Assembly: GCA_045632405.1 (NCBI GenBank)
Contig: JAZQWO010000030.1
Coordinates: 23,769-87,768 of the forward strand
Length of the DNA: 64,000 bases
Reading direction: 5' to 3'
Source of the DNA: Eubacteriales bacterium
Lineage (GTDB): Bacteria > Bacillota > Clostridia > Oscillospirales > CAG-272
The translations under genes and the position numbers were made by a program. Each line of letters begins with the position of its first letter. The stretch's first letter is position 1. Under the pieces are notes generated by a model. It worked only from the letters and a program-made list of their open reading frames with translations. It searched no databases and had not been told where the DNA came from. This document shows positions 36,693-46,401 of the stretch, piece by piece.

Positions 36693-37190
36693 CTACATTT
36701 TGTAATATTTACTAAGCACATTCGACCCTGCGTGACCGTGGCAAATTGCCAATGCCAATGCGTCAGCTGTATCGTCTGGCTTTGGGGGCTTAGGCAAATT
36801 CAAAAGTGAGGTAACCATGGTGATAACCTGCCGTTTTTCTGCTCTGCCATAGCCAACAACCGCTTGCTTTACCTGTAGCGGTGTATATTCAAAAATCTCC
36901 AAGCCTTTTTTGTGAGCGGCAAGCAATATTGTTCCTCTTGCCTCTGCTACGCAAATGCCTGTTTTTTGATTCGTGTTCCAAAAAAGCTCCTCAATTGCCA
37001 TAACCTGTGGCTTGTACTTATCTATAATGGTGTTCATACCGTCATAAATTTGCAAAAGCCTCTCTTCAATGGGAAGCCCTGCCTTGGTTTGTATAGAGCC
37101 ATAGCCCATAACGCGAAACTTGCCGCCCACACATTCCAAAACGCCCCAACCAACAATAGCAAAGCCGGGGTCAATGCCCAAAATAACCAT
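36693..37190 (-). CDS. ruvC: Crossover junction endodeoxyribonuclease RuvC
   Basis: 165 aa from ATG 37190 (SD AAAGGAG). ILGIDPG, EELFWN and DDTADALALAICH are the catalytic acidic residues of the RuvC fold. Confidence 0.9.
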   Translation of the reverse strand: MVILGIDPGFAIVGWGVLECVGGKFRVMGYGSIQTKAGLPIEERLLQIYDGMNTIIDKYKPQVMAIEELFWNTNQKTGICVAEARGTILLAAHKKGLEIFEYTPLQVKQAVVGYGRAEKRQVITMVTSLLNLPKPPKPDDTADALALAICHGHAGSNVLSKYYKM

Positions 37191-37296
37191 ATGTTTAGCT
37201 TCTCCTTTCGCACCATAGCAATTGTTTTTCAGTATATTATAACACAAAACTTTTTGCGTGTCAAATAATATTTATAATAATTAACATTTATTTTCC

Positions 37297-37325
37297 TTGA
37301 TTTTGGCATCACTTTGTGTTATACT
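37297..37325 (+). promoter_or_regulatory. Sigma-A promoter (extended -10) of the DUF951-yfhO-ruvAB operon
   Basis: TTGATT (37297-37302), 17 nt, TG-t-TATACT (-10 at 37320-37325). Confidence 0.6.
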
Positions 37326-37369
37326 GTACAATGTATTATTATGGCAAAATTTTCAAGACGAGGTTAAGG

Positions 37370-37573
37370 ATGAAAAATATTCCTGTTTTCGGAGTCGGAG
37401 ATACGGTGGAATTGAAAAAAGCACACCCTTGCGGATGCAGTCTGTTTACCGTTTTGCGTGTAGGCTCTGACGTAAAAATTGTATGTAATGAATGCAAGCG
37501 GGCATTGATAATTGACAGAATCAAGCTCGAAAAAATGATAAAATCTATAAAAAGCGGTGAAATCAATGGATAA
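37370..37573 (+). CDS. DUF951 family small protein
   Basis: 67 aa from ATG 37370. FGVGDTVELKKAHPCGCSLFTVLRVGSDVKIVCNECKRALIIDRIKLEKMIK matches the DUF951 pattern (hPCG...w...R.GaDi.ikC..C.r...l.R...ek). Confidence 0.75.
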   Translation: MKNIPVFGVGDTVELKKAHPCGCSLFTVLRVGSDVKIVCNECKRALIIDRIKLEKMIKSIKSGEING

Positions 37574-40487
37574 CGAAATCAATGTATTAGACACCCCTGT
37601 GTGCCAGGGTAAGCCAACATTAGGGGACAAGCTACTCTCCGTTTGGAGAAAATTCAAGCGTGGCTTTTCAAACAGCCTGCGCGAAAAGAATTATTGCTAT
37701 CTTTCCTTTGCCATTCCGGTGATTATTATATATATTACTTTTATCGTGATGGGTATGTGGCCCTTTGGCAACAAGGCAATTCTTACTCTTGATATGGACG
37801 GACAGTATATTTACTTCTTCGAGCAGCTTCGCGATGTGTACACGGGCAAGGAGTCTCTCTTTTACACCTTCGAAAGGTGCTTGGGCGGTGAGTTTTTAGG
37901 CTATTTTACCTACTATCTTGCATCCCCTATTTCATTCCTTGTGGTTCTTTTCCCTGAAACTATGATAACCGAGGCGGTTATGAGTATGATGATACTCAAA
38001 AGCGGTCTTGCGGGTCTTACATTTTCCATCTATCTTGGAAGAACAAGACAGAAAAACACTGTGGGCTTCACAATGTTCTCTGTTATGTATGCTCTTTGCT
38101 CATATGCCACAATGTATCAGTTCAATGTTATGTGGATGGACGCTCTTATCTGGCTTCCCCTAATTACTCTTGGCATTGAGTCCTTGGTAAAGGATGGCAG
38201 ATTCTTACTTTTTGTTATTTCCCTTGCAATGGCAATTTGCAGCAACTACTATATCGGTTATATGCTCTGCATATACGTTGCTCTCTACTTTTTCTTTTTC
38301 ATTGCGTCAAAGCCATATGACGAGCTCAACGGAATGAATGAGAGCTATCATAGATTAAAGAGCCTTGTACGTATAGGAGTGGCCTCTGTTATTGCCTTGA
38401 TGATTGCAATGGCAATTATCCTTTCTGCATACTATTCTCTCCAATTGGGTAAGACAAGCTATCAGGATAACGCCTTTGACCCCGATTTGAGATTTGACAT
38501 CTTGCATTTGATGGCAAAGATGTTTGTAGGCTCCTTTGACACTGTAAGGCTTGAGGGCACGCCTAATGTTTACGCAGGCACTCTTATGCTTATTATGCTC
38601 CCTGTGTTCTATATGTCAAAGCGCATCAAATCAAGAGAAAAGGCTCTCTATACTGCTCTTGCTCTTATATTTATTATCAGCTTTTCTCTTAATACAATTG
38701 ACCTTGTATGGCACGGATTCCAAACTCCTGTATGGTTCAATTACAGATACAGCTTTATGTTCTCATTCATTCTCCTCTGTATGGCATACCGCGGATACGA
38801 GGAGATAGACGAGGTAAGCACAGGATTTTTGGGTAAGACAGGCGCTTTGCTGATACTGTTGGTTGTCATTATTCAAAAAACCGTGGTGCTGACAAGATAC
38901 GAGTATATTGACGGCGCTTGGACAGCGCTTAGTGTTAAGCCAGGCATTGGAATGGCGTGGCTCACAATTTTGCTTGTTCTTGCATACCTTGCAGTTTTCC
39001 TTGTAAAAAAGCACACCGACTTAAAGCGCACTGCTACTATCTTTCTATCCATTATTGTTTTTGTAGAAGCATTTGCAAATTCCGCTATTAACTGGGCGGG
39101 AGAGCTGAAGGACGGCGGATGTGCAACAAGAGATAATTACCGCGATTACGCGGTTAAGCTGGAAACTGCTGTAAACGAGGTTTACTCCAAGGACTCATCA
39201 TTCTTCCGAATGGAGCATCTTTTCTACAGAAAGCAAAACGACAATATGCTTGGTAACGTAAACGGTATGTCAGAGTTTACATCAACCTTTAACGCATCAA
39301 CAGTTAACTTTATGAAAAAGTTAGGCTTTTTCACATCTGACCCAACCGTTAAATATGTGTCTGGCAACCCAGTTGCCGATGCTTTGCTCGGTGTCAAATA
39401 CGTTATCGGCACAAGCGAGGAGGATACAAACGGCAACTTGCCAGGGCTCAGTAGTGTATATTCAGGCTACTCCTCTGTTACAACCGAGAGTGGATTTGTA
39501 ATTTATGAAAATCCATATGTATTGCCTATTGCATACAGAGTTGAAAAGAACATCAACAAATTATTCGACGAGCACCAATTCTACGGTGGAGACAAATCTC
39601 CCTTTGCAACCTTAAATCACATTATGAGCAGTATGCTCGGCCGTGACACATACGCATTTGAGACGTGCCATTACACCACAAGCAAGGGCTCTCTCAGTGG
39701 CATTGATTACGATGACAACGGTGGCATTAGCTTCCGCCGTGGCTCAGGAAGTGATTCTTCTTATTTCTACTTTACCGTACAGGCAGCACACGATGGCAAC
39801 ATTTATATGTATTTGCCGTCCCCATACACAACCGCTGCTACCTTGAAGGTAAATGGCAAATCAATTTTTACAAATATGTTCCAGGGTGAAACCAAGAGGA
39901 TTATTGACCTTGGCTCATACAAAAAGGGAGAGGTTGTGCGCGTCGAGCTTTCCTTCTCTCATTACAGACTTTATTTGTGGGACACCAAGGATTATTTTGT
40001 ACAGATAAATGAAGCTGTGCTGAAGGAAGCGACCGACACCTTGAAGGCAGGCGGCTTGCAGATTAAGGAATATTCCGATACAAGCTTCACAGGTACATTA
40101 AACGCTGTTCGCGACGGTGCGGTATTCACATCTATTCCGTACGACTCCAACTGGCGCGTATATGTTGACGGTGAAAGAGTTGAAACATACGAAATGATTG
40201 ATGCTATGCTTGGATTTGACGTTTCCGCAGGAGAGCATCAAATCGAGTTGGTTTATGTTCATACACCATTTATTGCAGGTGTTATTATCAGTCTTGTGGG
40301 CATAGGCTTGCTTATTGTCTGGTCCATACTTGACGCAAAGTGGAGAAAAAAGCGCGTTATAGCAATTGCTACTGAGAGTGAGCTTGATTCTCTTGATACC
40401 GAAGCAACAGAGGAAGAGCTACATGATTCAGCTCACACGCAAAACAACGATGATTTAAGCGAGGAAAACAATGATATACCATCTTAA
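37566..40487 (+). CDS. YfhO family membrane protein (GT-C-type glycosyltransferase family)
   Basis: 973 aa from ATG 37566 (alternative GTG at 37557). Many TM helices in the first ~500 aa, a large extracytoplasmic domain, a final TM, then an acidic tail. The overall layout and the N-terminal LSFAIPVIIIYITFIVMGMWPFGNKAILTLDMDGQYIYFF are typical of YfhO. Confidence 0.8.
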   Translation: MDNEINVLDTPVCQGKPTLGDKLLSVWRKFKRGFSNSLREKNYCYLSFAIPVIIIYITFIVMGMWPFGNKAILTLDMDGQYIYFFEQLRDVYTGKESLFYTFERCLGGEFLGYFTYYLASPISFLVVLFPETMITEAVMSMMILKSGLAGLTFSIYLGRTRQKNTVGFTMFSVMYALCSYATMYQFNVMWMDALIWLPLITLGIESLVKDGRFLLFVISLAMAICSNYYIGYMLCIYVALYFFFFIASKPYDELNGMNESYHRLKSLVRIGVASVIALMIAMAIILSAYYSLQLGKTSYQDNAFDPDLRFDILHLMAKMFVGSFDTVRLEGTPNVYAGTLMLIMLPVFYMSKRIKSREKALYTALALIFIISFSLNTIDLVWHGFQTPVWFNYRYSFMFSFILLCMAYRGYEEIDEVSTGFLGKTGALLILLVVIIQKTVVLTRYEYIDGAWTALSVKPGIGMAWLTILLVLAYLAVFLVKKHTDLKRTATIFLSIIVFVEAFANSAINWAGELKDGGCATRDNYRDYAVKLETAVNEVYSKDSSFFRMEHLFYRKQNDNMLGNVNGMSEFTSTFNASTVNFMKKLGFFTSDPTVKYVSGNPVADALLGVKYVIGTSEEDTNGNLPGLSSVYSGYSSVTTESGFVIYENPYVLPIAYRVEKNINKLFDEHQFYGGDKSPFATLNHIMSSMLGRDTYAFETCHYTTSKGSLSGIDYDDNGGISFRRGSGSDSSYFYFTVQAAHDGNIYMYLPSPYTTAATLKVNGKSIFTNMFQGETKRIIDLGSYKKGEVVRVELSFSHYRLYLWDTKDYFVQINEAVLKEATDTLKAGGLQIKEYSDTSFTGTLNAVRDGAVFTSIPYDSNWRVYVDGERVETYEMIDAMLGFDVSAGEHQIELVYVHTPFIAGVIISLVGIGLLIVWSILDAKWRKKRVIAIATESELDSLDTEATEEELHDSAHTQNNDDLSEENNDIPS

Positions 40488-41076
40488 AGGAACACTTGAG
40501 CTTTGTGAGGAAGGCTCTTGCGTTATTGACTGTGTGGGCGTTGGCTATAAGCTCTTTATCAGTGATAACACCTATACTGCTATTGTAGGCAAGGTCGGCA
40601 GTGAATTAAAGCTACTGACATATTTGCAGATAAGAGAGGATGCTGTGGAGCTTTACGGCTTCAAAACAAATGATGAATTAAGCGCATTTAAGCTTTTGAT
40701 TACCGTATCGGGCGTTGGTCCAAAGGCGGCTATGTCTATTCTCTCCTTGCTCACACCTGACAAGCTGAGCATGGCAATTGTTGGAGAGGACACAAAAACT
40801 ATTGCTAAGGCAAGCGGAATCGGTGCTAAGACTGCGGCAAGAGTTGTTCTTGAATTAAAGGATAAGATATCAAAGCAGGTATTTGCCGCATCAACCGTTG
40901 GTGGCACTCAAGCCCCTGCCTCATTTGCAAAAAGCTCCAACCTTTCCGAGGCTCTTGATGCTTTGGTGGTGCTTGGCTATTCAAGAGCTGAGGCACAAAG
41001 AGCTCTTAGCGGAATTGACCCAACACTTGATGTTACAAAAATTATTCCTATGGCACTATCTAAGCTAATGAAGTGA
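40471..41076 (+). CDS. ruvA: Holliday junction branch migration complex subunit RuvA
   Basis: 201 aa. HhH motifs [13 protein letters not shown] and [17 protein letters not shown]. Overlaps the yfhO end by 17 nt. Confidence 0.9.
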   Translation: MIYHLKGTLELCEEGSCVIDCVGVGYKLFISDNTYTAIVGKVGSELKLLTYLQIREDAVELYGFKTNDELSAFKLLITVSGVGPKAAMSILSLLTPDKLSMAIVGEDTKTIAKASGIGAKTAARVVLELKDKISKQVFAASTVGGTQAPASFAKSSNLSEALDALVVLGYSRAEAQRALSGIDPTLDVTKIIPMALSKLMK

Positions 41077-41077
41077 G

Positions 41078-42133
41078 GTGACGGCTGTGATTGAAGAAAC
41101 AGAATTTGATTATGAAAGCAGAATAGTTTCCACAGAAATGTCCGGTGAGGACGGTGAGGTAGAGGTCAGCCTTCGTCCTAAGGCCTTTGACGAGTATATC
41201 GGTCAAGAAAAGGTTAAGGAAATGCTGAAGGTTTACATTCAAGCGGCTAAGGGCAGACAGGATTCCCTTGACCACGTGCTTTTATACGGCCCTCCAGGTC
41301 TTGGTAAAACTACTCTTTCCGGTATTATTGCAACCGAAATGGGAGTTAACTTCCGAGTAACGTCAGGTCCTGCTATCGAAAAGCAAGGAGATTTGGCAGC
41401 CATACTTACCAATCTTGCCCCAGGGGATGTACTTTTCATTGACGAAATACACCGCTTGTCACGTTCCATCGAGGAAATTCTTTACCCTGCAATGGAAGAC
41501 TTTGTTCTTGATATTATTATCGGCAAAGGACCTGCGGCAAGAAGCATCCGCGTTCCGTTGCCAAGATTCACATTAGTCGGCGCTACCACCAGAGCAGGTC
41601 AGTTGACAACTCCTTTGCGCGACAGATTTGGCGTTCTGCTCCGCTTGGAGCTATACACAACCTCAGAGCTTGCTACAATTATCAAGCGAAGCGCATCACT
41701 TTTGGAGGTTGGAATTGACGAGGATGGCGCTACGGAAATTGCATCACGCTCCCGCGGTACTCCCCGTATTGCCAACAGGCTTTTGAAGCGTGTACGCGAC
41801 TATGCGCAGGTAAAGGGCGATGGCGTAATCACCTTGGAAATCGCTAAAGAAGCCTTAAAGGCACTTGAAATCGACCAGCTTGGACTTGATAACATTGACA
41901 GAAAAATGCTTGAAACAATTATTAAGTTTTATGATGGCGGTCCTGTGGGACTTGAAACCTTGGCGGCTACCATCGGTGAGGAGGCTATCACTATTGAGGA
42001 TGTTTATGAGCCTTATCTTATGCAAATCGGATTCCTTTCAAGGACTCCACGCGGAAGATGTGTAACCCGCTTGGCTTATGAGCATTTAGGTATCCCATTT
42101 AAGGGCTCATCATACCAAATGAAAATCGACTAA
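41078..42133 (+). CDS. ruvB: Holliday junction branch migration DNA helicase RuvB
   Basis: 351 aa (GTG start). Walker [10 protein letters not shown], Walker B FIDEIHRL, sensor TTRAG. Confidence 0.95.
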   Translation: MTAVIEETEFDYESRIVSTEMSGEDGEVEVSLRPKAFDEYIGQEKVKEMLKVYIQAAKGRQDSLDHVLLYGPPGLGKTTLSGIIATEMGVNFRVTSGPAIEKQGDLAAILTNLAPGDVLFIDEIHRLSRSIEEILYPAMEDFVLDIIIGKGPAARSIRVPLPRFTLVGATTRAGQLTTPLRDRFGVLLRLELYTTSELATIIKRSASLLEVGIDEDGATEIASRSRGTPRIANRLLKRVRDYAQVKGDGVITLEIAKEALKALEIDQLGLDNIDRKMLETIIKFYDGGPVGLETLAATIGEEAITIEDVYEPYLMQIGFLSRTPRGRCVTRLAYEHLGIPFKGSSYQMKID

Positions 42134-42139
42134 AAATAT

Positions 42140-42178
42140 ACACTCCCTGCAGAAAAACGGCAGGGAGTGTTTGTTTTT
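42140..42178. terminator. Bidirectional rho-independent terminator after ruvB
   Basis: ACACTCCCTGC-agaaaaacg-GCAGGGAGTGT then TTGTTTTT. 11-bp stem. Confidence 0.8.
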
Positions 42179-43589
42179 ATGGTTTTTTAACTCTAAAAAG
42201 TAAGGATTTAAGCGCTTTCCAATTGAAGGGAATAAGCGGATAAAGATAATCCCTTTTTCCAAGAACGGTTTTGTTTGTGGCTACTAGAATCATTGTTATT
42301 AGTGTTCCTAAAATCAAGCCCCAATAGTTTAAAAAATGGACAAGAATTATTGAAAGAATTCTCATAAATTTAAAGGCGTAGCCAAGCTCATAGTTTGACT
42401 GTGTAAACCCTGCAATTGCCTCAATTGCCATATAAAAAATAGCATCGGGACATAGCCAACCGATTTGCACTGCAAAATCTCCAAGCAAAAGGCCGCCAAC
42501 AACGCTAAAGGAATTTGACAGAACACTGGGAGTGTTCAAGGATGCCAGCTTCAAGCCATCCAACACAAACTCTACTATTATGAGCTGCGCGATAATTGGC
42601 ACTTGACCCATATCCTTTGGGACAATAAATGCAATCCACTCTGGTAAATGCTGTGCGTTCACAACAAGAGTGTACCAAACGGGTGTTAAAAATATTGCTC
42701 CCAAAAACACCATCTGTCGTATCAAGCGCAGATATGTGCCTGTAAAGCTCGGATAATAATAATCGTCTGTTTCCTGCAAAAAATCAAAAATTGATGTTGG
42801 CAAAATCATCGCCTCGGGAGAGGTGTCGCATAATACTATTACACTTCCCTCAAGAATTGATGCGCAGGCGGCATCGGGTCTTTCTGTGCACCTGACCTTT
42901 GGGAAGGGATTATACCAACGCTTTTTAATAAGACATTCAATAAGGCTTTGGTGACCCATGGGAAGGGCGTCTGTTTTAATTGAATTTATCTTCTCTATCA
43001 GCTGTTTTACGTACACTGGGTCGGCTTTTCCCTCAATATACACCACGGCAACATCTGTTTTTGAGCGCTCACCCACGTTTGCGTATTTTACCCTTAATCG
43101 CGGGTCTCTTATTCTTCTTCGCACCATGGCCGTATTAAAAATAAGAGTTTCCACAAATCCGTCACGCGCACCGCGCATTACCTTGTCGTTTCCCGGCTCC
43201 TCCGTCACTCTTGCAGGGTACGAGCGAGCATCAACAATGACCGCGCCCGCACCAAAGCCATCAGATAAAATAGCGGAGCAGCCTGACAACACCATTGTTA
43301 CTATGGTATCATAGTCATATACCGCGTCCACCTCAACACTAGGCACGCTTGTTTTTACAAACCTTTCAACGTCGCCCGCCTTGCCACTACCAAAGCTTTT
43401 AACCGAGGTTAAATGCATCATCAGCTTTTGCATAATCTGAGCAGTTACAAAGCCGTCAATATAGTACATTACCACTCGCTGCGAGTTGATTTCCATTTCC
43501 CTTTTTATAATATCAAAATTGTCCTTTACATTCAAAATACCGTCAAGAGTGTCGATATTTTCATCAAATGAGGACGAAAGCTCCTGCAT
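42177..43589 (-). CDS. Spore germination protein, GerA-subunit/SpoVAF family (orphan)
   Basis: 470 aa from ATG 43589 (SD GGAGG 7 nt upstream). Soluble N-terminal domain (VMYYIDGFV...), then 5-6 C-terminal TM helices, as in GerAA/SpoVAF. No GerB/GerC-type genes are adjacent. Confidence 0.7.
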   Translation of the reverse strand: MQELSSSFDENIDTLDGILNVKDNFDIIKREMEINSQRVVMYYIDGFVTAQIMQKLMMHLTSVKSFGSGKAGDVERFVKTSVPSVEVDAVYDYDTIVTMVLSGCSAILSDGFGAGAVIVDARSYPARVTEEPGNDKVMRGARDGFVETLIFNTAMVRRRIRDPRLRVKYANVGERSKTDVAVVYIEGKADPVYVKQLIEKINSIKTDALPMGHQSLIECLIKKRWYNPFPKVRCTERPDAACASILEGSVIVLCDTSPEAMILPTSIFDFLQETDDYYYPSFTGTYLRLIRQMVFLGAIFLTPVWYTLVVNAQHLPEWIAFIVPKDMGQVPIIAQLIIVEFVLDGLKLASLNTPSVLSNSFSVVGGLLLGDFAVQIGWLCPDAIFYMAIEAIAGFTQSNYELGYAFKFMRILSIILVHFLNYWGLILGTLITMILVATNKTVLGKRDYLYPLIPFNWKALKSLLFRVKKP

Positions 43590-43596
43590 AAAAGCA

Positions 43597-43631
43597 CCTC
43601 CGCAAATACTTTTCCTTAGTATTTGCGGAGG
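43597..43631 (-). promoter_or_regulatory. Perfect 14-bp hairpin sequestering the SD of the GerA/SpoVAF-like gene (or terminator/5' stem-loop)
   Basis: mRNA sense: CCUCCGCAAAUACU-aaggaaa-AGUAUUUGCGGAGG-ugcuuuu-AUG. The 3' arm contains GGAGG (43601..43597). A TATAAT hexamer lies at 43644..43639, 8 nt upstream of the stem. Confidence 0.6.
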
Positions 43632-43670
43632 CTTGTTAATTATACCCAATGCAGTACAATTTATCTTATA

Positions 43671-44798
43671 TTATTTCTTCTCGTTTTTAAAAAACTGATA
43701 GAAGTAGCAGGGTATCATACCGTTATATAGCTTTCTCACCTTGTCGGCTCGTCTGCCGTACAGCTTGCAAAAATCCTCATGGCTGGTAATAACGTATATT
43801 TGCCATCTGTCAAGAGTTTTAAAATGCTCACCCATTTTTTTGTAAAGTGCTTCTGTTTCCTTCATTGAGAAAAGGCGCTCTCCATACGGTGGGTTACAAA
43901 CAACTGTTCCTCGCTTGCCATCTGTGGTAATTGTCAAGGCATCCTGCTTGAATATTCTCATATTTTTGTAAACACCTGCGTGCTTTGCGGTTTCCTTGGC
44001 AATTTCCACACATTCGGGATCAATATCGGATGCATATGCCATAAAGCCTGAGTCAGTTATGATTTTGCTTCTTGCCTCTTCTCTTGCATCTTGCCATATT
44101 TCCTTGGAAAACTGTGGAAATGTCTGCGCTATGAATGCTCTTTGCAAGCCCGGAGCTGTGTTCGTCATCAGCATTGCTGCCTCTGTTGCAATTGTACCTG
44201 AGCCACAGAACGGATCCCAAAACAAAACATCCTCGCGGGGGCGAGAGAGCTTTGCCAGCGCGCACGCCAGAGTTTCTCTGATTGGTGCTTCGTTTGACTT
44301 AGGGCGATAGCCTCTTTTATGAAGCGGTGTGCCTGATGTGTCTATCATAAGCGTTGCTCTATTTTTGAAAATAAAGAAGTCAATTTGGTATTTAACCCCC
44401 TGCTCGGTAAACCAGGAAATACCGTATTTTTCTGTCAGCCTTGAAGCAACGGCTTTTTTGATTATTTTCTGACAGTCGGGAATGGAAAACAAATTGCTTT
44501 TGATGCTGTGACCGCGCACGGGAAATTCGTCATTTTTGCCAATCCATTTTTCCCATTCGAGGGACTTTGTTCCCTCAAACAAATCGTCAAAGGTATAAGC
44601 TGAAAATTCACCTATTTTCAAGTAAAGGCGCTCAGCAAAGCGAAGCCCTATGCTACATTTAGCAACGGCACACTCGTCACCTATAAAGCTGACTCTGCCA
44701 TCCATAGTTTCTGTTCTTTTATAGCCAAGGCTGTCTATTTCCTCGCCTAAAAGGCTTTCCAAGCCAAAAAGACAGGTTGCAACATACTCAATTACCAA
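43671..44798 (-). CDS. THUMP domain-containing class I SAM-dependent RNA methyltransferase (RlmL/YpsC-like)
   Basis: 375 aa. Motif I DPFCGSGTI and motif IV VVCNPPYGERL, with an N-terminal ferredoxin-like/THUMP region. Confidence 0.8.
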   Translation of the reverse strand: MVIEYVATCLFGLESLLGEEIDSLGYKRTETMDGRVSFIGDECAVAKCSIGLRFAERLYLKIGEFSAYTFDDLFEGTKSLEWEKWIGKNDEFPVRGHSIKSNLFSIPDCQKIIKKAVASRLTEKYGISWFTEQGVKYQIDFFIFKNRATLMIDTSGTPLHKRGYRPKSNEAPIRETLACALAKLSRPREDVLFWDPFCGSGTIATEAAMLMTNTAPGLQRAFIAQTFPQFSKEIWQDAREEARSKIITDSGFMAYASDIDPECVEIAKETAKHAGVYKNMRIFKQDALTITTDGKRGTVVCNPPYGERLFSMKETEALYKKMGEHFKTLDRWQIYVITSHEDFCKLYGRRADKVRKLYNGMIPCYFYQFFKNEKK

Positions 44799-46303
44799 TT
44801 TTTATCACCTCGTGCAAGGGTGAATGAGAATTCACACCACTTTTCATATTCACTATTAACTGTCATATCTCCGTTATGCGCATCAATAATAGCCTTTGAT
44901 ATAAACAATCCAAGTCCCACACCTGTTTTGTCAAGTCCGCGGCTCTTGTCACTCTTATAAAATCTATCAAAGACAAAGGGCAATTCTTCCTTTGCTATAC
45001 CGATACCCTCGTTATAAACAGAGAATTTTATTCTATCCTCAAAGTTTTTAATGCTAACCCTATATTTTCCGTTTTCATATGAAAACTTAATTGCGTTATG
45101 GCACAGATTATACACAACCTGGTTGATAGCATCCGTATCTCCCAAGGCAATCATATCATAGTCGTCAACATCAAACTCCACATCAAGATTTTTCTTATTA
45201 AACTGAGCTTCAAAGGAAATGATGGTTTGCCTTGCAAGCTCACATATATTAAACGGCTTTTGGTCAAACTTTCGCTCCCCTGACTGAAGCCTTGATATGT
45301 CAAGCAGAGATGTAACAAGACGGTTGAGCCTTTGCACCTCGCTTTTGATAATGTTCAAGTAGTAATCCTGCTTTTCCTTTGGAATAGCACCGTCCAAAAT
45401 ACCGTCAATAAAGCCTGCTATTGTTGTCATCGGTGTGCGTAGGTCGTGGGAAGCATTGCTCAAAAATTGCTTTTGCATTTCGTCCTTGCCTTGAATTTCA
45501 ATTGCCATTTTGTTGAAGGATTTAGCAAGGTCAGCTAGCTCATCGTGTCCGCGGACAGGAACGCGCACATCAAATTTACCTCTTGCGAAGCACTTTGCAG
45601 CATTACTTATCTCACGAAGCGGTGTCATAACCTTATAGCTGACAACGTAAATAGCAACAATAGCAACGAACAAAAGCCAAAGCGCCGTCAAGGCGATTGA
45701 CTTTATCATTTCGCCAAACAAATCCTCCTCGCCGCCTAAGGGAGCGTACGAAATAATATAGCCTATTACTTCTCTTTCCTCACTGTAAAGTGTTGAAGCG
45801 TTCCAAATAACCTGCTCGTCAAACAGGTCATTACAGTTATTATTCATAGAAAGATTGCCGTCAGCCGAAATATCTACAAGGGTTTCTGCCGGAATAACCT
45901 GCATATTCAGTATTTCAACTGATGTTTCTTCATTGCTGAAATAGCTGATTAGCGGTGGTTGCCCTCTTACCGCTTTGCAAGCATGCATAATCAAGTTGCC
46001 ATCCTTGTCAGCAACAATCACCTCACACCCCTCAGTTGTCAAAAAGGTAACGGACAAGATGTGAGAAAGGGTTTTCTCTGTACTCTTAAACGTTTCCTCC
46101 ATATTCTTGTTTTCCTTATCAACCTCGTTATAATAGGATTTGAACAGAATATTCGAGGTTGTCAAGTCCTCCATCTTTGCATCAATGGCGTAGTTCGACA
46201 AAATGGTGGCTATCATAGTACCCAGCACAACAACGGTAAGCACAATAAGGGTCATAAATATGAGCATATATTTGGTTGTAATTGTACGGAATATTCTTCT
46301 CAT
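44792..46303 (-). CDS. Sensor histidine kinase (two TM, extracytoplasmic loop, HAMP, HisKA, HATPase_c)
   Basis: 503 aa from ATG 46303 (SD AAGGAG; the ORF-track start at 46321 is GTG). H-box SNASHDLRTPMTTI, N-box NLCHNAIKF, G-boxes YNEGIGI and GVGLGLFISKAI. Confidence 0.9.
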   Translation of the reverse strand: MRRIFRTITTKYMLIFMTLIVLTVVVLGTMIATILSNYAIDAKMEDLTTSNILFKSYYNEVDKENKNMEETFKSTEKTLSHILSVTFLTTEGCEVIVADKDGNLIMHACKAVRGQPPLISYFSNEETSVEILNMQVIPAETLVDISADGNLSMNNNCNDLFDEQVIWNASTLYSEEREVIGYIISYAPLGGEEDLFGEMIKSIALTALWLLFVAIVAIYVVSYKVMTPLREISNAAKCFARGKFDVRVPVRGHDELADLAKSFNKMAIEIQGKDEMQKQFLSNASHDLRTPMTTIAGFIDGILDGAIPKEKQDYYLNIIKSEVQRLNRLVTSLLDISRLQSGERKFDQKPFNICELARQTIISFEAQFNKKNLDVEFDVDDYDMIALGDTDAINQVVYNLCHNAIKFSYENGKYRVSIKNFEDRIKFSVYNEGIGIAKEELPFVFDRFYKSDKSRGLDKTGVGLGLFISKAIIDAHNGDMTVNSEYEKWCEFSFTLARGDKNW

Positions 46304-46335
46304 AGCCATTCTCCTTTGCACGGTTTATTATACTA

Positions 46336-46364
46336 AGTATAGACTAAATTTGTCATAAAGTCAA
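46336..46364 (-). promoter_or_regulatory. Candidate internal promoter in front of the histidine kinase gene
   Basis: On the minus strand: TTGACT (46364..46359), 17 nt, TATACT (46341..46336). Confidence 0.45.
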
Positions 46365-46366
46365 TA

Positions 46367-46396
46367 TAAAAATGGGTCGCTCTTGAGCAACCCATT
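46367..46396 (-). terminator. Rho-independent terminator-like hairpin directly after the response regulator gene
   Basis: On the minus strand: AATGGGT-t-GCT-caag-AGC-g-ACCCATT followed by TTTTAT. Confidence 0.5.
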
Positions 46397-46401
46397 ATGA
46401 A

